A stretch of DNA of 64,000 bases from Candidatus Multivorans sp. (GTDB lineage: Bacteria > Acidobacteriota > Thermoanaerobaculia > Multivoradales > Multivoraceae): NCBI GenBank assembly GCA_965262355.1, contig OZ253534.1, positions 3,343,468-3,407,467 of the forward strand, read 5' to 3'. The notes below the pieces were generated by a model, which saw only the letters and a program-made list of their open reading frames with translations, was not told the DNA's origin and searched no databases. The position numbers and the translations under genes were made by a program. Shown piece by piece: positions 29,411 to 38,953 of the stretch (positions within the stretch are counted from its first letter, which is position 1; each line of letters opens with the position of its first letter).

Positions 29411-31266
29411 GGCCGGTACCAGATCGGCGACGACCAGGCGCGTTCCTGGATCGTCGGCTGCAGGTCGGGCCGCGGTTCGACATCGGCCCGGATCGCGTCC
29501 CAGGTCGACCAGCGGCAAGTCGGGTTCTCGAGCACCCGCAGGTAGTAGACCGCCCGCTGGCCGGGGTCGAACCCCGGGTCCTCGAACACGGTCCGGAGTT
29601 CCGCGGCGCCCAGGTCGGCCGAGACGCTGCAGTCGGAGAGGTCGACGGTGGCTCCGTTGTCGGGGCAGCGCGGCGGGTCGCCCGACGGGGTGCCGCCGTC
29701 GGAGCAGGCGACGTCGATGACAGTCTCGTGCGCCGCGCCGCCGTCGACCCAGCCCTTGACGACCTGGAGCCGCTGCAAACCCGCGCTCTCCGGGTCGCCC
29801 GACGCCCAGAGCAAGAGCTTCGGTGTACGGTCGCCGTCCGCCAGCAGGTCGCCGCCCATCGCCACGCCCTGCTCGTAGGCCTTGGCGATCATCTCGGGAT
29901 CGTCGGCCAGGCCCGCGTCGAAGTCGTAGCCGCCGAAGAAGCGCACCTGGATCCTCGGACCCGTGGTGGCGAAGGTCTCCTTGCGACGGAAGGCGTCGTA
30001 GATCGAGTCCCGAGTGTTCTCCTCGGCCCAGGCGCCGGTCAGACCGGAGGCGCCCCAGTTGTGGAAGTAGGTCTGGGCGTAGGCCGGGGAACCGTCCTCG
30101 TTCGGTTCGTCGAGCGGCACGGAGCCACGGCGTTGCGGAGTGCCGTCCCGGTTGCCGACCTTGCTGTGGTAGTTGTCCTCGTCCGGGGTGCCGCCGGCGT
30201 TGTGGCTGTCGGTGGCGCCGACGAGGCCGAAGCGGAAGGGGTTGAAGCCCTGCGTCTCCTCGAGCACCAGCCCGTCGAGATAGGCGGTGCGCACGTAGCT
30301 CCCCTTGGGCTCGCTGTAAAGCGCGGTCGCGATGCGGTAGGGCATGATCTCGAAGTCCGCCCACTCGTCGTTCGGCGACAGCAGCGGATGGACCTCGGAC
30401 GTGCCCTTGACCTGGGTTACCTCGACCAGCGGCTCGTTGCGCATCCGGGTCTCGACGTACTCGGCGTCGAGCGGCTCGCCGTCGAACGTCGCGAGGCTGA
30501 ACATGTGGCCGTTGCTGCCGTTCGAGTTGTGGGGGATGGCGAGCGCTTCAACACCCTCAGCACGCAGGCCGTCGAGCCAGACCCACAGATCCTCGGGATT
30601 GTTTGAGTCCATCGCCGTGAAGGGGACGTCCGGAGCTTCGCTGCCGCGGAAGATCACGTTGCGGTGGAGGTTGCCCTGGTCGGCGGCGGTGGTCGTGTAC
30701 TCATAGCCGATGAAGGTGGTGAAGGCGCCGGGGTCGTTGTGCTGCTCGGCGGACTCGACGATGCGCTGCCAGGCGGAGCGATTCGTCTGGGCCGCGTCGA
30801 TCTCGTGAAACTCGCCGGAGCGGTAGGCTTGCAATCCGCGCTGGAAACCCTCGGCAGGGCCCAGCTCCCGCAGCTCCTTCGCGATCGGCAGTTGATAGAG
30901 CGGATCCTCGGGGTCGTCCATCGCCGGCAGAACGCCGAGCAGGATGCCGTGGTCGGTGACTGCCTGGAAGTCGAGGGGCCGCCGGAGCTGCATCGTGTGC
31001 CCGGCGGGGTGGAGGAGGGGCGCGCCGCGGGCGAAGCGGTAGGCGTCGTCGGGGCTGGCCCGGACCTCGAAGATGTAGGCGTCCATCGAGAAGCGGGTGT
31101 GGACGTGCAGATCGCCGAAGTAGGCGTTGCGCAGGGGATTGGGCTGTGGCGCACTCGCCGCGTCCGACCCGTCAGTCCCGGCGCCGGCGCCGTCGTCGGC
31201 TTCCCCGCAGCCGATCAGCAGCATCGGAACGACAAGCGCGAGCGCTGGAAGGCGTGTCCATCTCAT
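29407..31266 (-). CDS. DUF3604 family putative lipoprotein
   Basis: Lipobox LIGC; YFGDLHVHT, VTDH, LHRNVIF, PHNSN, TDSH, QERAWSSPIW. Confidence 0.9.
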   Translation of the reverse strand: MRWTRLPALALVVPMLLIGCGEADDGAGAGTDGSDAASAPQPNPLRNAYFGDLHVHTRFSMDAYIFEVRASPDDAYRFARGAPLLHPAGHTMQLRRPLDFQAVTDHGILLGVLPAMDDPEDPLYQLPIAKELRELGPAEGFQRGLQAYRSGEFHEIDAAQTNRSAWQRIVESAEQHNDPGAFTTFIGYEYTTTAADQGNLHRNVIFRGSEAPDVPFTAMDSNNPEDLWVWLDGLRAEGVEALAIPHNSNGSNGHMFSLATFDGEPLDAEYVETRMRNEPLVEVTQVKGTSEVHPLLSPNDEWADFEIMPYRIATALYSEPKGSYVRTAYLDGLVLEETQGFNPFRFGLVGATDSHNAGGTPDEDNYHSKVGNRDGTPQRRGSVPLDEPNEDGSPAYAQTYFHNWGASGLTGAWAEENTRDSIYDAFRRKETFATTGPRIQVRFFGGYDFDAGLADDPEMIAKAYEQGVAMGGDLLADGDRTPKLLLWASGDPESAGLQRLQVVKGWVDGGAAHETVIDVACSDGGTPSGDPPRCPDNGATVDLSDCSVSADLGAAELRTVFEDPGFDPGQRAVYYLRVLENPTCRWSTWDAIRADVEPRPDLQPTIQERAWSSPIWYRP

Positions 31267-31361
31267 GGCGGATTTCCTCGAACGTAGTTGGGAGGTAGGA
31301 TGCTGAGTGTAGCGTTTGCGAATCCGGCGCTTTGCGCCGGGTTCCAGGATCGGAACGAGAA

Positions 31362-32348
31362 GTGAGCGGAAACCGGAGCAACAAGGTGATCTGTCTCGTG
31401 CCCCCAGGTCCGCGCGATCAGATCGCCCGGTTCCCGGAGCACTGGGAGGCCTGCTTCGTCCATCGCAACGACGACCTGACCGCCGAACTGACGGAGGGCG
31501 CCCGCGCTCTGCTGACCACCCACCCGTACCTGGTGGGACGGACCGAGCTGGAACTCCTGAACGGCGTGGAACTCGTGCAGCAGGTCGGTGTCGGCATCGA
31601 CAACATCGACGTGGCAGCGGCCCGCGAACTCGGGGTCCCTGTCTGCAACGTGCCCCAGGCCAACGCCGTGTCGGTGGCCGAGTACGTGATCATGGCGTGC
31701 ATCTTCCTGTTGCGCCGGATGGAGGAGGCGACGGCGGCCCTGCGAAGGCTGGAGAACCCGTACCCGGCTCTGTTCGTCAAGGGAAGCCACGAGGTCCGAG
31801 GGAAGAGGCTCGGGCTGATCGGCTACGGGGCGATCGCGCACGAGGTGGCGAAGCGGGCCCGGGCCCTCGAGATGGAGCTTCTTTCCGCCTCGGCACCGGA
31901 ACGTGAGCGCGAGCGCAGGCTGGCGCCGAGCCCGGACGAGCGCCAGCTCGGTGTCGAACGCATGTCGTTCGAGCGCCTGCTACGGGAGGCCGACGTGGTC
32001 AGCCTCCACGTGCCGCTGACCGATTCCACGCGGGATCTGATCGGCGCCCGGGAATTGGGGCTGATGAAGCCGTCGGCGTTTCTCATCAACACGTCGCGGG
32101 GAGGTATCGTCAACGAAGAGGAACTCGCTGCGGCGCTCTCCTGTGGGCGGATCGCCGGAGCGGCCATCGACGTCTTCAGCGTGGAGCCGATCCGTTCGGA
32201 CAATCCCCTGCTTTCGGCCCCCAATGCCTTTCTTTCTCCCCACAGCGGCGGCAGCACGAACGAGTGCGTGATAGACGCGATCCGGGAGAGCATCGCCAAC
32301 GTCGACCGTGTCCTGCGCGGGGAGGAGCCGCATCATCGTGTCTGCTGA
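31362..32348 (+). CDS. D-isomer-specific 2-hydroxyacid dehydrogenase
   Basis: GVGIDNID, IGYGAIA, LHVPLT, INTSRG, DVFSVEP, PHSGG. Confidence 0.92.
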   Translation: MSGNRSNKVICLVPPGPRDQIARFPEHWEACFVHRNDDLTAELTEGARALLTTHPYLVGRTELELLNGVELVQQVGVGIDNIDVAAARELGVPVCNVPQANAVSVAEYVIMACIFLLRRMEEATAALRRLENPYPALFVKGSHEVRGKRLGLIGYGAIAHEVAKRARALEMELLSASAPERERERRLAPSPDERQLGVERMSFERLLREADVVSLHVPLTDSTRDLIGARELGLMKPSAFLINTSRGGIVNEEELAAALSCGRIAGAAIDVFSVEPIRSDNPLLSAPNAFLSPHSGGSTNECVIDAIRESIANVDRVLRGEEPHHRVC

Positions 32349-32679
32349 CGTCTCACCGGTGAGCCCGGTTGCAAGCAACGACGGCGCCTCGGGCCACGTC
32401 ATCGAGGCCAGGGAGGTGCCGCGGCCGAACGTCCAGCGCGGCTACATCGAGATCTTCGAGCAGCTCTGCAAGGGCTGCGATCTCTGTATCCCTGCCTGCC
32501 CTGTGCGCATCATCGAGCCGGGGCGGGGCGCCAACATGATGGGCTGGAGGCCGGTCGTGGTGGAGGCGGACGCGATGAAGTACTGCATCGGCTGCAATCT
32601 CTGCGCGATGGTCTGCCCCGACCAGGCGATCGACGTCTTCCGGTTCGAGCAGCCGATTCCCCACGAGGAGTTGCCATGA
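32338..32679 (+). CDS. 2x[4Fe-4S] ferredoxin (2-oxoacid oxidoreductase delta subunit)
   Basis: CKGCDLCIPACP and CIGCNLCAMVCP. Confidence 0.9.
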   Translation: MSADVSPVSPVASNDGASGHVIEAREVPRPNVQRGYIEIFEQLCKGCDLCIPACPVRIIEPGRGANMMGWRPVVVEADAMKYCIGCNLCAMVCPDQAIDVFRFEQPIPHEELP

Positions 32680-33935
32680 GCGAGAAGCCCTTCGAGCCGC
32701 CGATCGGCAAGCCGACGATGGGCGCTCACGCGATGGGGATCGGCGCCATGGTCGCCGGCCTCGACTACTTCGCCGGCTATCCGATCACCCCGCAGACCGA
32801 ACTGCTCGAGTACGTCGCGGAGGCCCTGCCCGAGCATGGCGGCGTCTTCCAGCAACTCGGCGACGAGATCTCGAGCGTCATGGCGGTGTTCGGCGCCGCC
32901 GCCTGCGGCAAGCGGGCGATGACCGCGTCGGTCGGCCCCGGGCTGACGCTCATGATCGACGGCCTGACCAACGCCGCCGGCGCCGAGACGCCGATGGTGC
33001 TGGGGGCGCTCACCCGCGCCCACGTCGGCGTCTCGGGCGGTCTCTATCCGGCGCAGTCGGACATCCGCATGCTCCGGGGGCTCGGCAACGGCGACTACCA
33101 GTTGCCGCTCTACGCGCCGTCGACGATCACCGAGACCGTCCAGCTCACCGCCGAGGCGTTCGACGTCGCCGATCTCTACAGCATCCCGGCGGTGGTCTGC
33201 ATCGACGGCAAGATGGCGAACATGATCGAGACGCTGCAGCCGTTCGAGGTGCCGGAGCGCGACCTGCCGGACAAGACCTGGGCGCTCGACCGTTCGCTGC
33301 GGGAGAAGCGCCGGGTGGTCGGCGCCGCCCGAACGCCCGAACTCGACACGATGGTCTGCTACGAGATCCAGAACAAGCTCGAGCGAATGCGCGCGGAGGA
33401 GACCCGCTGGGACACCTTCCGGTGCGACGACGCCGAGTTCGTCGTGGTCGCCTACGGCATCATGGCGAGGATCGCGAGAGAGGCGGTCAAGCGGGCGCGC
33501 GAGGAAGGGATCAAGGTCGGGCTCTTCCGGCCGATCACCCTCTTCCCGTTCCCGGAGGCGCCGCTCGGCGACCTCGCCGCCAGCGCCCGGGAGATGCTGA
33601 TGGTCGAGATCAACTTCGGCCAGGTCCTCACCGACGTGCGCCTGGCGGTCGCCGGCCGGTGCCCTGTCCAGTTCTTGGGACAGCCGGCCCTGGCGATCCC
33701 GGCCGGGGCCGTGCTCGAAGCCATCCGGCAGATGGCAGCCGGGCAGCCGGTCGAGCCGCGGGACTTCTTCGACATCCATCCCACCGCCTTCCACCTCGCC
33801 GACACCCATCCCCCGGCGAGAAGGCAGATGCTCGACCAACTCGCCGCCAAACGCGGGCGCGACAGCGCCCAGGGGATGCTCGACAACCTGCTTGGCATCC
33901 GCAAGAACTCGGTGATCCCGGAGATTGGAAAGTGA
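32676..33935 (+). CDS. 2-oxoacid:ferredoxin oxidoreductase alpha subunit (Vor/Kor-like)
   Basis: AGYPITP, GPGLTL, VVAYG, GLFRPITLFPFP, VEINFGQ. Confidence 0.9.
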   Translation: MSEKPFEPPIGKPTMGAHAMGIGAMVAGLDYFAGYPITPQTELLEYVAEALPEHGGVFQQLGDEISSVMAVFGAAACGKRAMTASVGPGLTLMIDGLTNAAGAETPMVLGALTRAHVGVSGGLYPAQSDIRMLRGLGNGDYQLPLYAPSTITETVQLTAEAFDVADLYSIPAVVCIDGKMANMIETLQPFEVPERDLPDKTWALDRSLREKRRVVGAARTPELDTMVCYEIQNKLERMRAEETRWDTFRCDDAEFVVVAYGIMARIAREAVKRAREEGIKVGLFRPITLFPFPEAPLGDLAASAREMLMVEINFGQVLTDVRLAVAGRCPVQFLGQPALAIPAGAVLEAIRQMAAGQPVEPRDFFDIHPTAFHLADTHPPARRQMLDQLAAKRGRDSAQGMLDNLLGIRKNSVIPEIGK

Positions 33936-34768
33936 CTGAACCAGCCGCACGGTCGACGAAGCGCTACACGCCGCCCGAGGGCGCTGCCGCGCGCAAGATC
34001 TCGCCCCAACTCGATGTCCATACCGGGCTGCCGTCGTCCTGGTGTCCGGGGTGCGGGCACGGGTCGGTCAGCCAGATCCTGTGCGATCTGGTGACCGAGC
34101 TCGATCTGGCCGAGAGGACGATCCTGGCCCTGGGCGTCGGCTGCGGCTCGGCGATCGCGGCGCAGATGGAGGTGAACACGGTGCTCTCGCCGCACGGCCG
34201 CGCCAGCGACACCGCCACCGGCGTCTCGCGCATGGTCCCCGACCGCGTCGTCGTCCAGTACTCCGGCGACGGCGACTCCTGCGGCATCGGGCTGGCGGGC
34301 CTGATGCACGCCTGCAACCGGCGCGAGAACTTCATCGTCGTCATCTACAACAACAACGCCTACGGCATGACCGGCGGCCAGATGGGCCCGACCACCACCA
34401 AGGACGTGCCGACGACCACCTTCCAGGGCGGCCGCGACGAGGAGGTCATGGGCTATCCCATGGACATCATCAAGACCCTGGCGCACTTTCCCGGCGTGGT
34501 CTATGCGGGGCGTTGCGCTCTGACCTCGGGTGTCCGCTACGGGGAGGCGAGCCGGATGATCCGGCGGGCCTTCGAAATTCACCTCGCCGGCATCAAGGGG
34601 ATGAAGGTCATCGACTGCCTCGGCAACTGCAACGTGAACTGGAAGGGCGGCGGCGTGACCTTCACGCCGGAGAGCTCGAACCAGTTCATCGAAGACAAGA
34701 TCATGAAGTACTTCGAGATGGGCGAGGCGACGGTGCCTGAGGGCTACCCGCCGATCCGCGTGCGATGA
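33932..34768 (+). CDS. 2-oxoacid:ferredoxin oxidoreductase beta subunit (TPP-binding)
   Basis: WCPGCGH, GVGC, HGRA, GDGD...NNNAYGMTGGQ. GTGA overlap. Confidence 0.92.
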   Translation: MTEPAARSTKRYTPPEGAAARKISPQLDVHTGLPSSWCPGCGHGSVSQILCDLVTELDLAERTILALGVGCGSAIAAQMEVNTVLSPHGRASDTATGVSRMVPDRVVVQYSGDGDSCGIGLAGLMHACNRRENFIVVIYNNNAYGMTGGQMGPTTTKDVPTTTFQGGRDEEVMGYPMDIIKTLAHFPGVVYAGRCALTSGVRYGEASRMIRRAFEIHLAGIKGMKVIDCLGNCNVNWKGGGVTFTPESSNQFIEDKIMKYFEMGEATVPEGYPPIRVR

Positions 34769-35355
34769 CGGCGCACGGATGGAACGCAGGAGGGGCCGTG
34801 GTCGAGCGCGTCGGCGGCGCCGGAACCGGCGGCGCCGGTCTGCTGACCTGTCTCAAGACGCTCGGCTACGCGGCCGCCGCCAAGGGCTGGCACATGGCCT
34901 ACACCTCCGACTACAACCCGGAGACCCGCGGCGGCCTGGTGGAGGGCACGGTCGTCCTGTCGAGCGACGAGCCGATCGACAACCCGGTGATCGAGTCGTA
35001 CACCGCGGTGCTGGCGTTCGATCACGCCGGCTACCTGTCCTACGGCCCGGGCGTCGAGCCCGGCGGGCTCATCCTGTGGGACAGTTCGAGGGTCAGGAAC
35101 CCGCCGGCACTGGAAGGCGTCCGCTCCTACGGCGTGCCGGTGTTCCAGTTGGCGCGCGACGGCGGCGCCCCGGGCCTGGCGAACATGGGCATGCTGGGCC
35201 TCTACAACCGGATCGCCGGTCACTTCACGATCGACGAATTGCTCGCCGGCATGGAGGACTACCTGCCGGTGTGGCGTCACAAGCTCCTGCCGGGCAACCG
35301 GGCGGTGCTCGAAGCGGTGTCGCGGATCGATCCGGAGGAGTACCGGGTTGCCTGA
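34765..35355 (+). CDS. 2-oxoacid:ferredoxin oxidoreductase gamma subunit
   Basis: GAGTGGAG, YNPETRGG, ANMGMLG; operon position. Confidence 0.85.
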   Translation: MTAHGWNAGGAVVERVGGAGTGGAGLLTCLKTLGYAAAAKGWHMAYTSDYNPETRGGLVEGTVVLSSDEPIDNPVIESYTAVLAFDHAGYLSYGPGVEPGGLILWDSSRVRNPPALEGVRSYGVPVFQLARDGGAPGLANMGMLGLYNRIAGHFTIDELLAGMEDYLPVWRHKLLPGNRAVLEAVSRIDPEEYRVA

Positions 35356-35364
35356 GGAGCTCTC

Positions 35365-36852
35365 ATGATCAGACGATCTCTCTTCGTGGCGGTGGCGTTG
35401 GGCGCCGTGCTTGGCTGCGGCCAGGATCCGGCCGGCGAAGCGGTGGACGGCGAGGCGCAGCGGCCGCCCAACGTCGTGTTCATCCTCGCCGACGATCTCG
35501 GCTACGGCGATCTCGGGCTCTACGGCAGCGACATCATCGAGACCCCGCACATCGACGCGCTCGCCGCCGCCGGCGTGCGCTTTACGGCCGGCTACGTGAC
35601 CGCCGCGGTCTGCAGCCCGTCCCGGGCCGGCCTGATGACCGGCCGCTACCCGCAGCGTCACGGCTACGAGTTCAACCCGTCGGGCCAGGACTACGGACTG
35701 AGCCTCGACGAGACGACGCTGGCCGAAGTGATGCGGGCCGCCGGCTACGCGACCGGCGCCGTGGGCAAGTGGCAGCTCGGCTGGGGCGACGGCAAACACC
35801 CGCTCGACCGCGGCTTCGACGAGTTCTTCGGCATGCAGAGCGGCTCGATCTACATCGAACCCTCCGCCGAGGGGGTGGAGAACTGGAGTCCGCAGCCGAT
35901 GCCCGAAGTGCGGCGGCGGCCGATCTTCCGCGGGCGTGAGCCCGTCGAGGAAAACGACTACCTGACGGACGCCTTGACCCGGGAGGCCCTCGACTTCATC
36001 GACCGGCAGCGCGACCGGCCGTTCTTCCTCTACCTGGCGCACTACACGCCCCACGTTCCTCTCCAGGCGACGGCGAAGTACCTCGACCGCTACCGCCACA
36101 TCGAGGACCAGAAGACCCGCATCTTCGCGGCGATGGTCGCGGCTCTCGACGACAGCGTCGGCGCGGTCACAGCCCGGCTGCGCGAACACGGCCTGGAGGA
36201 GGACACGCTGATCGTCTTTCTCTCCGACAACGGCTGCGCCCTCTACGTCGACGGTGCCTGCACCAACGGTCCGCTCCGCGGCGGCAAGCGCTGGTTCTTC
36301 GAGGGCGGCATCCGGGTGCCGTTCTTCGTGAGCTGGCCGGGCGGGCTGGAGCCGGGGCAGGTCTACCGGCCGGCGGTTTCCTCGCTCGATCTGCTGCCCA
36401 CGCTGGCGGCCGCCGCCGGCGCGCCGTTGCCGGAGAAGCCGCTCGACGGGGTCGATCTTCTGCCCTATCTCCGCGGCGAGCAGACGGGGGTGCCGCACGA
36501 GGCGCTGTTCTGGCGCGCGGGCCCGAACCGCGCCGTCCGCCGGGGCGACTGGAAGCTGTGGCAGGTCAACCGCGCCTCGGAGGAGCGGCTCGCGCAGATC
36601 ACGCGCACCGGCGATCTGCTCCGCGATTTCGAGGCGCCCCGCGATTCGCCCCTCGGCCGGGTCCTGCGGCTGCACGACCTGGGGAGCGATCTCGGCGAGC
36701 TGAACACCGTCGCCGATCAGGAGGCCGAAGTCCTCGAAGAACTCCAGCGCGCGCTCGACGCCTGGGAGAGCGAACTCGCCGAGCCGATGTGGTGGAGCAA
36801 TCGCGGCACCGCCGCCGTCGTCGACGGCGACGGAATCCAGCTCATCTTCTGA
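35365..36852 (+). CDS. Sulfatase (FGly-dependent, arylsulfatase-like), lipoprotein
   Basis: Lipobox VLGC; ILADDLGYGD, CSPSRAGLMTGRY, GKWQLG, SDNG, EGGIRVP. Confidence 0.93.
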   Translation: MIRRSLFVAVALGAVLGCGQDPAGEAVDGEAQRPPNVVFILADDLGYGDLGLYGSDIIETPHIDALAAAGVRFTAGYVTAAVCSPSRAGLMTGRYPQRHGYEFNPSGQDYGLSLDETTLAEVMRAAGYATGAVGKWQLGWGDGKHPLDRGFDEFFGMQSGSIYIEPSAEGVENWSPQPMPEVRRRPIFRGREPVEENDYLTDALTREALDFIDRQRDRPFFLYLAHYTPHVPLQATAKYLDRYRHIEDQKTRIFAAMVAALDDSVGAVTARLREHGLEEDTLIVFLSDNGCALYVDGACTNGPLRGGKRWFFEGGIRVPFFVSWPGGLEPGQVYRPAVSSLDLLPTLAAAAGAPLPEKPLDGVDLLPYLRGEQTGVPHEALFWRAGPNRAVRRGDWKLWQVNRASEERLAQITRTGDLLRDFEAPRDSPLGRVLRLHDLGSDLGELNTVADQEAEVLEELQRALDAWESELAEPMWWSNRGTAAVVDGDGIQLIF

Positions 36853-36988
36853 CTGGGTGCGCCGACGCTCGACCTCGGAATCCGAAGAAGCCATAGGCCG
36901 AAGTTTGTCCGATAGAGTCAGCGGTTCGCTACGCTAACGCTAGCCAGCCGCAACGATCCAGCAACTTCCACTACAGAGACACACCGAC

Positions 36989-37213
36989 ATGAGCAAATCG
37001 TCGAGTAGGCGGACTATGCGAGGCACCGCGGCCAAGCGGAGGCCGATACGACCGGCACAGCCGGACGATTGGTGGCGACAGGATGGGCGTGCACTTCAGG
37101 GCGATTGGGTGGTAGTCGGACGGGACATCCGCAAGTCGCTGGAACGCTTCGCGGAGGAGAAGGATGCCCAGGAAGAAGCCGGGGTCGCTCCAGAAACGGC
37201 GACATCAGCGTGA
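36989..37213 (+). CDS. Small hypothetical protein upstream of DUF2335
   Basis: DGRALQGDWVVVGRDI motif; overlaps the next gene. Confidence 0.6.
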   Translation: MSKSSSRRTMRGTAAKRRPIRPAQPDDWWRQDGRALQGDWVVVGRDIRKSLERFAEEKDAQEEAGVAPETATSA

Positions 37214-37532
37214 CGATGGTGGTATAGCGGTCGCGTCTCAGCAGGTTGAGGTCAGCGAGTTCACATCTGGACCCCTCCCGCATCCAGAGCTCTACGGCGG
37301 ATACGAACGGGTGCTTCCCGGTTCGGCGAATCGAATCATGGGCATGGCGGAGGAAGAGGGTCGGCAGCGCCGCATGCGAAAGATGATTCTGACGGTCGCG
37401 CTTGCGCTCGTAGCGCTGTCTGGAGTTTCTGTGGCCGCGTTCCTGCTCTACCGAGGTGAGGGCCTGGCATCGGGTCTTTCCGTCCTAGGCGTGGCGGCAG
37501 TCGCTCTGGCATTCAAGGAACTGCTTCTTTAG
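37164..37532 (+). CDS. DUF2335 family membrane protein
   Basis: SGPLPHPELYGGYERVLPGSANRIMGMAEEE followed by two TM helices. Confidence 0.8.
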   Translation: MPRKKPGSLQKRRHQRDDGGIAVASQQVEVSEFTSGPLPHPELYGGYERVLPGSANRIMGMAEEEGRQRRMRKMILTVALALVALSGVSVAAFLLYRGEGLASGLSVLGVAAVALAFKELLL

Positions 37533-38884
37533 CGCTCGCCAGGCGGCGGGAACACCGCCGGCGGACGGTCAACGTCGACCCGCTCGACCTCGGTCCACGG
37601 CACGTACTCGGGGCGCTCACGGCCGTCGACGTAGATCAGCATGCCGGCATTCCCCTCGCCGAGGTCACCGGCGCACTCGAGCTTCAGGTTCTCGCCGCTG
37701 TGGAGCGTCACCCTGGCGCGCCGTGCCGCGCAGTCTTCCCGGCCTGGCGACACGATCGAGGCGATCAAGCCAAAGGGAATCGTGTAGTGGACGCCCCCGG
37801 CCGGGGCGTCGAGCGTCTCGGTCGTTTCGCTCTCGTCGAGGTCGTAGACCAGGCGGCCGGCGAGGCGACGGCCGGAGCGGGTGGTGACGGTGCCCACAAG
37901 CGGCTGCCCCGGCGGGAACTCGTCGTAGGCAGGGCCGCTGCCGCCGGGGCTGAAGTCGAGGTGCTCGAAGGCGTTCCACGAGACCAGCACCCGGCCGTAG
38001 CGCCGGTCGTCGACGTAGATCCCGCGATTGCCGTGGCCGACCTCGCGGGTACCGGAGAGCACGAAGTCGCGGCCGTCGAGCAACGTGACCAGGGAGCTGT
38101 CGCGCGAGTCGGGCGCGATGGAGCGGATGGCGTCGAACCGCAGGCTGAGTTCACCGCCGGCACTGCGGCCCTTGAGCTCATCGGCGCCGACGCCCTTCTC
38201 CCGGTCCCACTGGAGGAAGCCGGTGAAGTCGCCCTGGGGCGTGCGCACCGTACCGTGCAGCCGGTCGGGGGCGGCTGTCAGCCCGGCGGTGGGGAGAAAC
38301 TCGATGGCGCGTATGAGGCGTTCGCCGAGGTCCACGACGCCGTGCCTGCCGTCCCACACCCGCACGCCGTCGGCGAGGTCGTCGGAAGCGAAGCGGTCGA
38401 GGACATACTCGGTCCCGCTCTTGAGCGTCGCCAGGATGTCGCGGCCGCGTGGCTCGATGCGCTTAATGTCGCCGAAGCGCGCCATGAATGGCCGACCGAG
38501 AGGAATCGGACGCTCCCGCTGGGCGACCTCGACGCCGAAGATCTTGATCGGGCGGCTTTGCTTCAGCCGCTCGGGAGGCGCGTCGGCGACCCAGGGGTTC
38601 TCTTTCTTGAAGCCGTTGAAGTAGTCGCCCCAGAATGCCTCCTCGTCGCCCCCCCAGCGCAGCCGCCCTTCGTACGTGGCGGCGTCATGGGTTGTGATGC
38701 GGCCGTTGATGAAGCCTTGGTGGACCTCGGACGCCTCCGCCTCGGTCAGTTGGCTGATCGCGGGCGAGATCGCCGCATCCGGCTCGCCGTTCTGCCTGGA
38801 CAGCAGGCGGCCGAAGGTGAGGGCGAGAGCGAGGGAGAGGAGGACGAGGGCGGCGGCGCCCCCGGCGATCTGGGCTCTCGTCAT
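37529..38884 (-). CDS. Exported hypothetical protein with internally repeated beta-rich modules
   Basis: N-terminal anchor; three related segments GRITTHDAATYEGRLRW, GTVRTPQGDFTGFLQW and GTVTTRSGRRLAGRLVY. Confidence 0.7.
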   Translation of the reverse strand: MTRAQIAGGAAALVLLSLALALTFGRLLSRQNGEPDAAISPAISQLTEAEASEVHQGFINGRITTHDAATYEGRLRWGGDEEAFWGDYFNGFKKENPWVADAPPERLKQSRPIKIFGVEVAQRERPIPLGRPFMARFGDIKRIEPRGRDILATLKSGTEYVLDRFASDDLADGVRVWDGRHGVVDLGERLIRAIEFLPTAGLTAAPDRLHGTVRTPQGDFTGFLQWDREKGVGADELKGRSAGGELSLRFDAIRSIAPDSRDSSLVTLLDGRDFVLSGTREVGHGNRGIYVDDRRYGRVLVSWNAFEHLDFSPGGSGPAYDEFPPGQPLVGTVTTRSGRRLAGRLVYDLDESETTETLDAPAGGVHYTIPFGLIASIVSPGREDCAARRARVTLHSGENLKLECAGDLGEGNAGMLIYVDGRERPEYVPWTEVERVDVDRPPAVFPPPGER

Positions 38885-38953
38885 GGCCGGTACATTCTGT
38901 CCGAACCTGGGGCGGCCACCGCCTCGGCCGGCAAACTAAACTTGGAATCGCGC

